From Stenotrophobium sp. (GTDB lineage Bacteria > Pseudomonadota > Gammaproteobacteria > Nevskiales > Nevskiaceae): a stretch of 64,000 bases of DNA. The stretch lies in assembly GCA_050739895.1 (NCBI GenBank), contig JBOICK010000018.1:18737-82736 (forward strand), read 5' to 3'. The position numbers were made by a program, and so were the translations under genes. Below, piece after piece: positions 20,322-29,080 of this stretch (positions are counted from its first letter, which is position 1; each line of letters opens with the position of its first letter). Below the pieces are notes generated by a model that saw only the letters and a list, made by a program, of their open reading frames with translations, was not told the DNA's origin and did not search any database.

Positions 20322-20345
20322 AAAACGGGGCGCCTGCGCGCCCCG
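20322..20345 (-). terminator. Probable intrinsic terminator hairpin
   Basis: CGGGGCGC-ctgc-GCGCCCCG stem followed by TTTT on the minus strand, downstream of 20373..20732. Confidence 0.5.
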
Positions 20346-20372
20346 GAAGTTGTAGTGCGTGCAGGTGCGCGG

Positions 20373-20732
20373 TCAGGGCGGCGGTGTGCGCAATCCCTGT
20401 GTGGTCTGCACCGGCGTCAGGTGCCCGGGTACGACGGCATCGATGACGACGCTTTTTTCAAAAAACACCGCAAACTGCGGATAGTCCCAGCGCGTGATGG
20501 CCGGATGCCTGGGCTCATGTCCGCCGACCGCCGCGTGTCTGACCGAGGGCTCGCCGAACTCCCTGAGCACTTCGGCCATGTGTGCGCCGCGCTGCGGCAG
20601 CACTGCGGGAAGCGGTTTGGCATCGGTCGCCGTGTCTGGTGTTGTGTCTGGCGGCGGCAAGTTCAATTGATCCGCGCGCGCTACGCCGACCACGGCCAGC
20701 GCCAGTATCGTCACGTATAAAATCTTGGGCAT
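20373..20732 (-). CDS. Small secreted conserved protein (P-x-ITRWDY family)
   Basis: Signal peptide; LP-x-RG-x-x-M-x-x-V-x-x-x-FGEP and ITRWDYPQFAVFFE motifs. Confidence 0.75.
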   Translation of the reverse strand: MPKILYVTILALAVVGVARADQLNLPPPDTTPDTATDAKPLPAVLPQRGAHMAEVLREFGEPSVRHAAVGGHEPRHPAITRWDYPQFAVFFEKSVVIDAVVPGHLTPVQTTQGLRTPPP

Positions 20733-20796
20733 ATCGCGGTCCCCGATGGCTGCGCGGACTATAGCACTGGTGCCCTCTGGCAAAAAAGCGGCGCAG

Positions 20797-21978
20797 CTAT
20801 CGCGCTGCTTGCAAATCTCCAATCATGGCCGACAGGAAACGCGTTGCCTCGCCGCCGGTGACGGCGCGGTGATCGAAGGTGATCGACAGCGGCAACACGC
20901 GGCTGATTTTGATTTCGCCGTTGATCGGAACCACTGCATCGCGCGTCGCTCCGGCGGCGATGATCGCGACCGTCGGCGGCACGATCACCGGCGTCGCATA
21001 TTTGCCGCCGAACTTGCCGAAGTTTGAAAGCGTGATGGTATAACCGCGCAGTTCCTCCGGCGGTACCGTGCGGCTTTTGGTCGCAGCTTTCATTTTTTCG
21101 AGGCCCGCGCGCAGCGAGGCTTCGTCGCGGCTGGCGACATCCTGTAGCACTACCACGAACAATCCTTCCGGTGTGTCCACCGCCATGCCGAGGTGGACTT
21201 TGTCGAGCAGGCGGCGGCCGATCTCGACATGATCAAACCAGGCATTGAGCGCCGGCTCGGCCTTGCAGCCGGCGACGATCGCGCGGATCAGGCGCAGCGT
21301 CATGTCCTGCTTGCTGTTGTGCCAGGCGTGCAGCACAGCGTCGTCGGTGACGGTAGTGTGCATCACTTCATCGCGCGACTGCGACATGGTCTGCGCCATC
21401 GCCTTGCGCGCGCCGCGCAGTTTTTCCAGCGGCCCGACTTCAGTCAGCACTTTATGCACGCGCTGCACGTCGTTGGCGGTGACCATGCCGTCGGGTCCGG
21501 TCGGCGTGATGATGGTGAGGTCGACGTTGAGGCGATGGGCGAGGGCGCGCACCGCCGGCGTGACCTTGAGGCCGGCGGCGGTGCCAACGCTGGTAGCTTT
21601 TTCGGCGACCACTTCATTGCCCTGCTTCATCGCGCCGACGACGACACCGGTGTCGCGAATCGGGGCAGCTTTTTCCCTCTCCCCTTGCGGGAGAGGCGGC
21701 GAGGCACGCTCGTCGGGGAGAGGGGTGTGAGCCGCAGGCGAATCTTCTCCTTCAAAAGTAACGAGCGGTTTGCCGACCTCGACAGTGTCGCCGGATTTGC
21801 CGTGCAGCTTGAGAATTTTCCCAGCCAGCGGACTCGGCACCTCGACCACCGCCTTGGCGGTTTCCACCGACACCAGCGGCTGGTCGATCTTGACCGTGTC
21901 GCCTTCCTGCACATGCCATTCGCGGATGTCGGCTTCTTGTAGCCCTTCGCCTAGATCAGGTAATTTGAAGATGCTCAT
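20797..21978 (-). CDS. 2-oxoacid dehydrogenase E2 dihydrolipoamide acyltransferase
   Basis: Lipoyl domain ETAKA; E3-binding TPAVRALA...GPDG; catalytic DHRAVTG. Confidence 0.92.
   Translation of the reverse strand: MSIFKLPDLGEGLQEADIREWHVQEGDTVKIDQPLVSVETAKAVVEVPSPLAGKILKLHGKSGDTVEVGKPLVTFEGEDSPAAHTPLPDERASPPLPQGEREKAAPIRDTGVVVGAMKQGNEVVAEKATSVGTAAGLKVTPAVRALAHRLNVDLTIITPTGPDGMVTANDVQRVHKVLTEVGPLEKLRGARKAMAQTMSQSRDEVMHTTVTDDAVLHAWHNSKQDMTLRLIRAIVAGCKAEPALNAWFDHVEIGRRLLDKVHLGMAVDTPEGLFVVVLQDVASRDEASLRAGLEKMKAATKSRTVPPEELRGYTITLSNFGKFGGKYATPVIVPPTVAIIAAGATRDAVVPINGEIKISRVLPLSITFDHRAVTGGEATRFLSAMIGDLQAAR
21675..21731. repeat. REP/MITE-like palindrome inserted in-frame in the E2 linker
   Basis: CCCTCTCCCC-ttgc-GGGAGAGG...GGGGAGAGGG; related to the intergenic hairpin at 22002. 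Confidence 0.6.
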
Positions 21979-22001
21979 GCTCGCAGTTCCTCAGTTTTTA
22001 T

Positions 22002-22030
22002 TCCCTCTCCCCGCAAGCGGGGGAGAGGGA
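22002..22030. repeat. REP-like GC-rich hairpin between E1-beta and E2
   Basis: TCCCTCTCCCC-gcaagcg-GGGGAGAGGGA, perfect 11-bp stem. Confidence 0.65.
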
Positions 22031-22038
22031 GACAAGAA

Positions 22039-23025
22039 TTATTTCGGTGCGATCTCAAACACCTTGCGCACCTCGCGCAGGATGCGTTCGATGTCCGGGA
22101 TATATGCCAGTTCCTGCTTGGCCAGCGGCATGATGGTGTCGTAGCCGGAGGCGCGCATCACCGGCGCGAACAGGGTCAGCAAGCCGTGTTCGGCGATGTT
22201 GGCGGCGATCTCGCTGGCCCAGCCGCCGGCACGCGGCGCTTCCTGCACGATCACGCAGCGGCCGGTCTTGGCGATGCTGGCGAGGATGGTGTCGATGTCG
22301 AGCGGCTTGAGCGTGGCGACATCGATCAGTTCAGCGGAGATGCCCTGCCCGGCGAGCGCGTCGGCGGCGAGGCGGGTGTCGTGCATCATCGCGCCCCAGC
22401 TGATCAGCGTGACATCGCTGCCCTCGCGGTCGATGAAGCAGCTGTCCAGCGGCAGGGCTTCGCCGTTGTCTTCAACCGGCTGCTTGAATAAGCGGTAGCA
22501 GCGTGTCGGTTCGAGAAAAATCACCGGGTCGGGATCGCGGATCGCCGCCAGCAGCAGGCCGTAGGCGCGCGCCGGAGTGGAGGGGCAGACCACGCGGATG
22601 CCGGGCATTTGAGCAAAGGTCGTCTCCAGCGATTCCGAGTGATGCTCCGGGGCGTGGATGCCGCCGCCGTTGGGCGCGCGGATCACCAGCGGGCAGGACA
22701 GGCGGCCGCGCGTGCGGTTGCGATAGCGTGTCGCGTGATTGACGATCTGGTCCACACATGGGTACATGAAGCCGCTGAACTGGATTTCCGCGACCGGCTT
22801 GATGCCCTGAGTGGACAGGCCGATCGCCATCGCCGCGACCAGTGTTTCCGCCAGCGGCGTGTCGATCACGCGATCGGCGCCGAACTTGTCGAGCAGGCCG
22901 ACGGTGGCACGGAACACGCCGCCGTTGCGGCCGATGTCCTCGCCGAGCACAACCACGTCGGCATCGCGCGCCATCTCGGAATGCAGGGCGAGGTTGATTG
23001 CCTCGATCAGTGCGAGATTGGCCAT
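22039..23025 (-). CDS. 2-oxoacid dehydrogenase E1 beta subunit
   Basis: GEDIG-x-NGGVFRAT, DTPLAE, EIQF and EHHSES motifs. Confidence 0.92.
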   Translation of the reverse strand: MANLALIEAINLALHSEMARDADVVVLGEDIGRNGGVFRATVGLLDKFGADRVIDTPLAETLVAAMAIGLSTQGIKPVAEIQFSGFMYPCVDQIVNHATRYRNRTRGRLSCPLVIRAPNGGGIHAPEHHSESLETTFAQMPGIRVVCPSTPARAYGLLLAAIRDPDPVIFLEPTRCYRLFKQPVEDNGEALPLDSCFIDREGSDVTLISWGAMMHDTRLAADALAGQGISAELIDVATLKPLDIDTILASIAKTGRCVIVQEAPRAGGWASEIAANIAEHGLLTLFAPVMRASGYDTIMPLAKQELAYIPDIERILREVRKVFEIAPK

Positions 23026-24137
23026 CAGTGGTGTCCGGATTTGGGCTGCATGGACATCACTTCGTTGCGCTGCCATTCATATTGGCGCGGCAGTTTTGCA
23101 TAGAGCGAATCGAACATCGCGGTCGGCGTGTCGGCGGCGATATTGAGGAAAGTCTTGGCCGCGGCTTCGGCCCTGGCGCTGCCCTCGGTATTGAGTTGCG
23201 CTTCGTCGTCGGCGCTCCACAGCTTCTGCGCTTCGAGATAGGCCTTGAGGCGCCTGATCGGACAGCGCTCCCACGCGGCCTTGACCTCGGCCTCGTCGCG
23301 GTAGCGCCGCGCATCGTCGGCGGTGGTGTGATCGTGCAGGCGGTAGGTGATGGCCTCGACCAGCGTCGGTCCGCCGCCGCTGAGGGCGCGCGCGATGGCG
23401 CGCTCCAGTACAAAGCGCGTGGCGATGACATCGTTGCCGTCCACCTGCTCGCCGCTCATGCCACCGGCGATGGCCTTCTGCGCCAGCGTCTGCGCACCGG
23501 TCTGGCGTGCGCGCGGCAGCGAGATCGCCCATTGATTATTGGAAACCAGGAACACGATCGGCAGGTTCCAGACTTTCGCCGAACTGATCGCCTCGTAGAA
23601 ATCGCCCTTGCTGGTGGCGCCGTCGCCGCAGGAGGCGAGCACCACGCGCGATTGTTTGCGCAGCTTGAACGCATAGGCCACGCCGATGCTGTGCGGCACG
23701 TGCGTGGCGATCGGTACCGAGAACGGGAAATCGTGATATGAGGGCGTGCCTTCCGGGAAGCACATGCCGCGCTCGTCGCCGCCCCAGTAGAGCAGCACGT
23801 TTTCCATCGGCACGCCGCGCAGGAAATTGGCGGCGTACTCGCGATAGGCCGGGATGTAGACATCGTCGGCGTCCAGCGCCATGCCGATGGCGGTGCCGAC
23901 TGCTTCCTGGCCGAGACAGGCGGCGTAGGTGCCGAGCTGGCCGGTGCGCTGCAGCGCCACCGCCTTCTTGTCGAACAGGCGCGTGCTGACCATGGTCCGG
24001 TACATCGCGCGCAGTTGTTCGGGGTCGCGCGCAAAATCGGGCAGCGGCGCCAGCAGTGTGCCGTCGGCCTCGAGATAACGCGTCAGCTTGATTTCAAAAC
24101 TGGCGACTGCTGTGACTGCGGGGTTGTCGCTGTTCAC
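23025..24137 (-). CDS. pdhA: Pyruvate/branched-chain 2-oxoacid dehydrogenase E1 alpha subunit
   Basis: ALQRTG, GQEA, TPP-binding GDGATSKGDFYE...NN and HTTADD motifs. Confidence 0.85.
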   Translation of the reverse strand: MNSDNPAVTAVASFEIKLTRYLEADGTLLAPLPDFARDPEQLRAMYRTMVSTRLFDKKAVALQRTGQLGTYAACLGQEAVGTAIGMALDADDVYIPAYREYAANFLRGVPMENVLLYWGGDERGMCFPEGTPSYHDFPFSVPIATHVPHSIGVAYAFKLRKQSRVVLASCGDGATSKGDFYEAISSAKVWNLPIVFLVSNNQWAISLPRARQTGAQTLAQKAIAGGMSGEQVDGNDVIATRFVLERAIARALSGGGPTLVEAITYRLHDHTTADDARRYRDEAEVKAAWERCPIRRLKAYLEAQKLWSADDEAQLNTEGSARAEAAAKTFLNIAADTPTAMFDSLYAKLPRQYEWQRNEVMSMQPKSGHH

Positions 24138-24278
24138 GCTCGCTCCTGGATTGATTCGTTCGCGGCCCGCGTGTGCCGGGCCTTTATGGAATTCAGTCTA
24201 CGGATGCGGCGTGAGTGCAGATAGCCGGATATTTCCTCATGCGGGGCGACCCGCTATGCCGCATCGGCTTGCTGAGTG

Positions 24279-24326
24279 TGTTATTAATTATTTAATAAAT
24301 AATAAAATATATTATAAATAATAACA
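24279..24326. repeat. 48-bp TGTT-N40(AT)-AACA element, copy B
   Basis: TGTTATTAATTATTTAATAAATAATAAAATATATTATAAATAATAACA; 8-bp terminal inverted repeat. Confidence 0.85.
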
Positions 24327-24411
24327 ATTCTTCGCGGTTAAACGACGACAGCGGGTGAGGTTTTCGACGCGCCCGGCGAACGATTTCCGCTGCTATGGTC
24401 TAATGCGCGCC

Positions 24412-25659
24412 ATGCGATTGCCCTACGAAATCTTCACCGGCCTGCGCTATACCCGCGCCAAGCGCCGCAACCACTTCATCTCGTTCATTTCGCTGGCGTC
24501 GATGCTTGGCATCGCGATTGGCGTGATGGCGCTGATCACCGTGCTGTCGGTGATGAACGGCTTCGATCGCGAGTTGCGCAGCCGCATCCTCGGCATGGCC
24601 GCGCACGCGACCATCTCCGCGGTCAGCGGCGGCATGGACGACTGGCAATACGCTGCCGGTGTGGCCGCCAAGAACAAGGCAATCGAAGCCAGCGCGCCGT
24701 ATATCGAAGGCGAGGGCATGCTCAAGTCCGGCGGCGAGTTGTCCGGCACCTTGTTGCGCGGCATCCTGCCGGCGCAGGAGGAAAAGGTCGATGAGATCGG
24801 CACTCACATGAAGCAGGGCCGGCTGGAAAGCCTCGCAGCCGGAAGCTACAACATCGTTCTGGGCAACGAACTGGCGCGTGCGCTGGGCGTGGATGTCGGC
24901 GACAACGTCGACCTGATGATTCCGCAGGCCAGTATCACGCCCGCCGGCGTGCTGCCGCGCTTCCGGCGTTTTCACGTCAGCGGCATCTTCTCGATCGGCA
25001 TGTACGAATACGACCGCAACCTGGTGCTGATCAATCTCACCGACGCCGCCACGCTGCTGCGCATGCCGGGGCAAGTGACCGGGGTGCGCCTGAAACTGTA
25101 TGACCTCGACCGCGCGCCAGAAGTGGCGCGTGAGCTGGCGCAGCAACTGCCCGGCATCTACTACGTGCAGGATTGGACCCGCAGCCACGTCAATTTTTTC
25201 CGCGCGGTGAAAACCGAAAAGATGGTGATGTTCATCATCCTGTCGCTGATTGTCGGCGTTGCCGCGTTCAACATCGTTAGCACGCTGGTGATGGTGGTGC
25301 AGGACAAGCAGTCGGATATCGCGATCCTGCGCACGCTCGGCGCCAGCCCGCGCTCGATCATGGGCATCTTCATGGTGCAGGGTTCGATCATCGGCGTGAT
25401 CGGCACGCTGTTCGGCGTGATCGGCGGCGTGCTGCTGGCGCTCAACGTCGAGAAGCTGGTGCCGCTGCTGGAGGCGCTGACCGGGCACCAGTTCCTGTCG
25501 CCGGATGTCTACTACATCAGCGACCTGCCTTCGCAACTGGAGATGGTCGACGTGATCCGCATCAGCCTGCTGTCGCTGGCGCTGGGCCTGTTCTCGACGA
25601 TCTATCCCGCCTGGCGCGCCTCGCGCGTGCAGCCGGCGGAGGCGCTGCGTTATGAATGA
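24412..25659 (+). CDS. lolC: Lipoprotein-releasing ABC transporter permease (LolC/E, LolF-type)
   Basis: [36 protein letters not shown] and PAEALRYE motifs. Confidence 0.9.
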   Translation: MRLPYEIFTGLRYTRAKRRNHFISFISLASMLGIAIGVMALITVLSVMNGFDRELRSRILGMAAHATISAVSGGMDDWQYAAGVAAKNKAIEASAPYIEGEGMLKSGGELSGTLLRGILPAQEEKVDEIGTHMKQGRLESLAAGSYNIVLGNELARALGVDVGDNVDLMIPQASITPAGVLPRFRRFHVSGIFSIGMYEYDRNLVLINLTDAATLLRMPGQVTGVRLKLYDLDRAPEVARELAQQLPGIYYVQDWTRSHVNFFRAVKTEKMVMFIILSLIVGVAAFNIVSTLVMVVQDKQSDIAILRTLGASPRSIMGIFMVQGSIIGVIGTLFGVIGGVLLALNVEKLVPLLEALTGHQFLSPDVYYISDLPSQLEMVDVIRISLLSLALGLFSTIYPAWRASRVQPAEALRYE

Positions 25660-26341
25660 TGTGATTCTCAAAGCTGCCGGCGTCTCCAAGACCTTCGACG
25701 ATGGCCGCCTGCATCTGGACGTACTGGTCGGTGTGGATCTGGAAGTCGCCAAGGGCGAGTGCATCGCCATTGTCGGTGCCTCCGGTTCCGGCAAATCCAC
25801 CCTGCTGCATCTGCTCGGCGGACTCGAAGCGCCGACCGCGGGCGAGGTCTGGGTCGCGGGCAGCCGCATGTCGGCGCTGTCGGATCAACAACGCGGCGAG
25901 TTGCGCAACCGCTCGTTGGGTTTCGTCTACCAGTTCCACCACCTGCTGCCGGAATTCACCGCGCTGGAAAACGTCGCGATGCCGCTGCTGATCCGGCGCA
26001 TGCCGCGCGACGAGGCGTATGCGAAGGCTGGCGCTCTGCTTGCGCGCGTCGGTCTCGGCCAGCGCCTGCAGCACAAGCCGGGCGAACTCTCCGGCGGCGA
26101 GCGCCAGCGCGCAGCAGTCGCGCGTGCGCTGGTGACGCGGCCGGCCTGTGTGCTCGCCAACGAGCCCACCGGCAACCTCGATGCGAAAACCGCCGGCACG
26201 GTGTTCGAGCTGATGCTCGAACTCAATCGCGAACTCGGGACCAGCCTGATCGTGGTCACCCACGACCTCAAGCTGGCGGCGCGCATGGAGCGCGTGCTGA
26301 CGCTGGAATCGGGGCAGATCAGGAATGCCGTAGCGGCCTGA
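25652..26341 (+). CDS. lolD: Lipoprotein-releasing ABC transporter ATPase
   Basis: [19 protein letters not shown] and LSGGERQR motifs; Walker B reads [10 protein letters not shown]. Confidence 0.92.
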   Translation: MNDVILKAAGVSKTFDDGRLHLDVLVGVDLEVAKGECIAIVGASGSGKSTLLHLLGGLEAPTAGEVWVAGSRMSALSDQQRGELRNRSLGFVYQFHHLLPEFTALENVAMPLLIRRMPRDEAYAKAGALLARVGLGQRLQHKPGELSGGERQRAAVARALVTRPACVLANEPTGNLDAKTAGTVFELMLELNRELGTSLIVVTHDLKLAARMERVLTLESGQIRNAVAA

Positions 26342-26385
26342 ACGGCCGCGCTGCGCAGGCAGCGGATTTGGTTTAGCGTTGCGCC

Positions 26386-28914
26386 ATGAACCTGTGGCAG
26401 ATCCTCGCCTTCACTGTTGGCATTCTTGCCGTCTGCGCCATGCCTGCGCTGCCGACGTTGCCTGTGCTGACGATGCTCGCGGTGCCCGCGCTGCTGTCGT
26501 GGCGCGGACGCGCGCTCTACGCGATGGCACTGCTGGGCGTGCTGGTGACGGTGCTGCGCGGGCAGGGTCTGCTTGATCAGCAGTGGCCGGCGGCACGTTA
26601 TGGCGAGACGCAGTGGGTGCAGGGTCATGTTGCCTCGCTGCCACAGCAAAGCCGCATGAGCGCGCGCGGAGAACCCGACGGCGATGCGGCTGCCAACTGG
26701 CAGTTCCTGTTCGAACCCGGCGGGCCTGGTGCCAGTGATTTTCCAAAACGTATCCGTGCGTCCTGGTATCGCACCGACCAGGTGCCGAAGGGCGGCGACT
26801 GCTGGCGCCTGCAATTGCGCCTGCGCACGCCGCATGGTTCGCTCAACCCCGGCGCCTTCGATTACGAGGGCTGGCTGCTGCGCGAAGGCATCGGCGCGAC
26901 CGCGACGGTGCGTGACGCACAAGCTTGCGACGGGAATGGAGCCCAAGTGCCGCGAGGCGGCAAGGACGCCGAGCTCCGAGTGGCCGCCGGGCAGGACGCC
27001 CAAGTGCCGCGAGGCGGCAAGGATGCCGGGCTCCGAGCGGCCGACAGGCAGGACGCCCAAGTGCCGCGAGGCGGCAAGGATGCCGGGCCCCGAGTGGCCG
27101 ACGGCGGCAACGGTTACGTGCTGCTGAAACTGCGCCAGCGGCTGGTGGATCGCCTGCGCGCCGAGCTGCCGGATCACCCGGCGGCGGGGCTATATGCGGC
27201 GCTGACCCTGGGCGATACCTCTGGCATCACGACCGCCGACTGGGACCTGTTCCGCATGACCGGCACCAGCCACCTGGCGGCGATTTCCGGTCTGCACCTG
27301 GGCATCGTCGCCGGCTTTGCCTTCTTCCTTGGACGCTGGCTGTGGGCGCTGTGGCCGCGGCTGTGCCTGTGGCTGCCGGCGCAGAAGGCCGGCACGCTGT
27401 TTTCGCTGCTGGTCGCGTTCATCTATGCCCTGCTCGCCGGCCTGCAGCCGCCGATCCTGCGTGCCCTGCTGATGCTGTCGTTTGCGGCGCTGGCATTGTG
27501 GTCGGGACGCGTCAACCGGGTCGCGCCGGCGCTGGTGCTGGCGCTGGGCCTGATCCTGCTGCTGGATCCGCTGGCGGCGCTGCGCCCCGGCCTGTGGCTG
27601 TCATTCTGCGCGGTGGCGGCGATCTTCTACGTGATGATGAATCGTCTGCGCCCGCCCGGATGGCTCGCCGGGCTGCTGCTGGTACAACTCATGCTCAGCT
27701 TGGCGCTGGCGCCGTTGACGCTGTATTTCTTCCAGGGCATGTCGTGGATTTCGCCGGCAGTGAACCTGCTGGCGGTGCCGTTGTTCAGCCTGTTGATGCC
27801 ATTTCTGCTGCTGGGGCTGCTGCTCGGTTGGCTATGGCCCTGGGCCGGGGTGCCGCTGACGCGGCTCTGTGCGCAGGTCCTGCTGCTGGGCCACGATGCG
27901 CTGGCGTGGCTGTCGACGCATCTGCCCGCGGTCTGGGTTCCCGCCTGCGCTCCGGTCGCGGCGCTGCTGCTGGCGCTGTTTGGCACGGCGCTTTTATTCG
28001 TGCCGCGTGGCGTGCCGCTGCGGCCGCTGGGCCTGCTGTGTTTCCTGCCGCTGCTATTTCCGCCACAGACCGGCCCGCGCGAAGGTTTCACGCTGACCGC
28101 GCTGGACGTGGGGCAGGGTTTGTCGGTGGTGGTGCGCACTGCGCATCACACGCTGCTCTACGACACCGGGCCGGCGTTCGATGACGGTTATGACTCGGGC
28201 TCATCGGTGGTCGCGCCTTACCTGTTGTCGCAGGGCGTCAGCCGCATCGACCTGATGATGATTTCGCATGCCGACAGGGATCACAGCGGTGGCGCGCCCG
28301 CGGTGCGACGACTGCTGGCGGTGGACGATGAACTCGGCGCGCTGACGCCGCATCCCTGCCACGACGGTCAGCAATGGGAGTGGGACGGTGTAAGTTTCGA
28401 GGTGCTGCATCCGGATGACGGCGAATGGAACACCAACAACGGCGGCTGCGTGCTGCGCGTCGAGGCCGGCCCGTACGCCGCGCTGCTGCCGGCCGATATC
28501 CAGAAGCCCGCCGAGCGCCGCCTGCTGGCCGAGAAGCTCACCAGCCTGCAGGCCGATGTGTTGCTGGCGCCGCATCACGGCAGCAAGACCTCCTCCACCG
28601 AGGATTTCATCGATGCGGTGCAGCCGCGCATCGTGATTCACAGCGCCGCCTGGCACAGCCAGTTCCACCATCCGCATCCGTCGGTGGTGGCGCGCTATGC
28701 GGCGGCGGGTGCGCGGCAATATGTCACCGGCGTCGGCGGTGCGCTGGATTTGCAGATCACCGAGCGCGGCGTTTCGGAAGTCAGCTCATGGCGCGGCGCA
28801 CACCAGCATTTCTGGAATCCATCGCCGGAATTGCTGGCGCAAGGGCAATACGCTGTGATGATGATTGTGGAGGTTCCAGCCGCAGGGTCGGCTGTGCAAG
28901 AGCAGGATCGGTAA
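26386..28914 (+). CDS. comEC: DNA-internalization competence protein ComEC/Rec2
   Basis: NPGAFDYE, HLAAISGLH, LDVGQG, SHADRDHSGG and HHGSKTSS motifs. Confidence 0.93.
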   Translation: MNLWQILAFTVGILAVCAMPALPTLPVLTMLAVPALLSWRGRALYAMALLGVLVTVLRGQGLLDQQWPAARYGETQWVQGHVASLPQQSRMSARGEPDGDAAANWQFLFEPGGPGASDFPKRIRASWYRTDQVPKGGDCWRLQLRLRTPHGSLNPGAFDYEGWLLREGIGATATVRDAQACDGNGAQVPRGGKDAELRVAAGQDAQVPRGGKDAGLRAADRQDAQVPRGGKDAGPRVADGGNGYVLLKLRQRLVDRLRAELPDHPAAGLYAALTLGDTSGITTADWDLFRMTGTSHLAAISGLHLGIVAGFAFFLGRWLWALWPRLCLWLPAQKAGTLFSLLVAFIYALLAGLQPPILRALLMLSFAALALWSGRVNRVAPALVLALGLILLLDPLAALRPGLWLSFCAVAAIFYVMMNRLRPPGWLAGLLLVQLMLSLALAPLTLYFFQGMSWISPAVNLLAVPLFSLLMPFLLLGLLLGWLWPWAGVPLTRLCAQVLLLGHDALAWLSTHLPAVWVPACAPVAALLLALFGTALLFVPRGVPLRPLGLLCFLPLLFPPQTGPREGFTLTALDVGQGLSVVVRTAHHTLLYDTGPAFDDGYDSGSSVVAPYLLSQGVSRIDLMMISHADRDHSGGAPAVRRLLAVDDELGALTPHPCHDGQQWEWDGVSFEVLHPDDGEWNTNNGGCVLRVEAGPYAALLPADIQKPAERRLLAEKLTSLQADVLLAPHHGSKTSSTEDFIDAVQPRIVIHSAAWHSQFHHPHPSVVARYAAAGARQYVTGVGGALDLQITERGVSEVSSWRGAHQHFWNPSPELLAQGQYAVMMIVEVPAAGSAVQEQDR
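26941..27111 (+). repeat. Three tandem 57-bp repeats, in-frame in comEC
   Basis: Units start at 26941, 26998 and 27055 and encode AQVPRGGKDA(E/G)(L/P)R... Confidence 0.9.
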
Positions 28915-28961
28915 CTGCAGCCCAAACCGCGCTCCGCTGTTGGCTTATGGTGAAAGAATGT

Positions 28962-29009
28962 TGTTATAAAATATAATACAATTATAATAATATATTATAT
29001 AAAATAACA
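28962..29009. repeat. 48-bp TGTT-N40(AT)-AACA element, copy C
   Basis: TGTTATAAAATATAATACAATTATAATAATATATTATATAAAATAACA; 6-bp terminal inverted repeat. Confidence 0.85.
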
Positions 29010-29080
29010 TATATGCACGCAGTCCCGCCGATAGCGGGCGTTGAATGAAGTGGCGAACCGGCCGCTTAACACGTTCAGGG

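Noticed and set aside
17479..24326. Exact 6800-bp spacing between element copies A and B
   Set aside because: The other spacings (4683, 18135, 7415 bp) show no periodicity; treated as coincidence.
26941..27111. Possible CRISPR array in comEC
   Set aside because: The variable parts resemble each other, the units are in-frame in a CDS, and no cas genes or leader are present.
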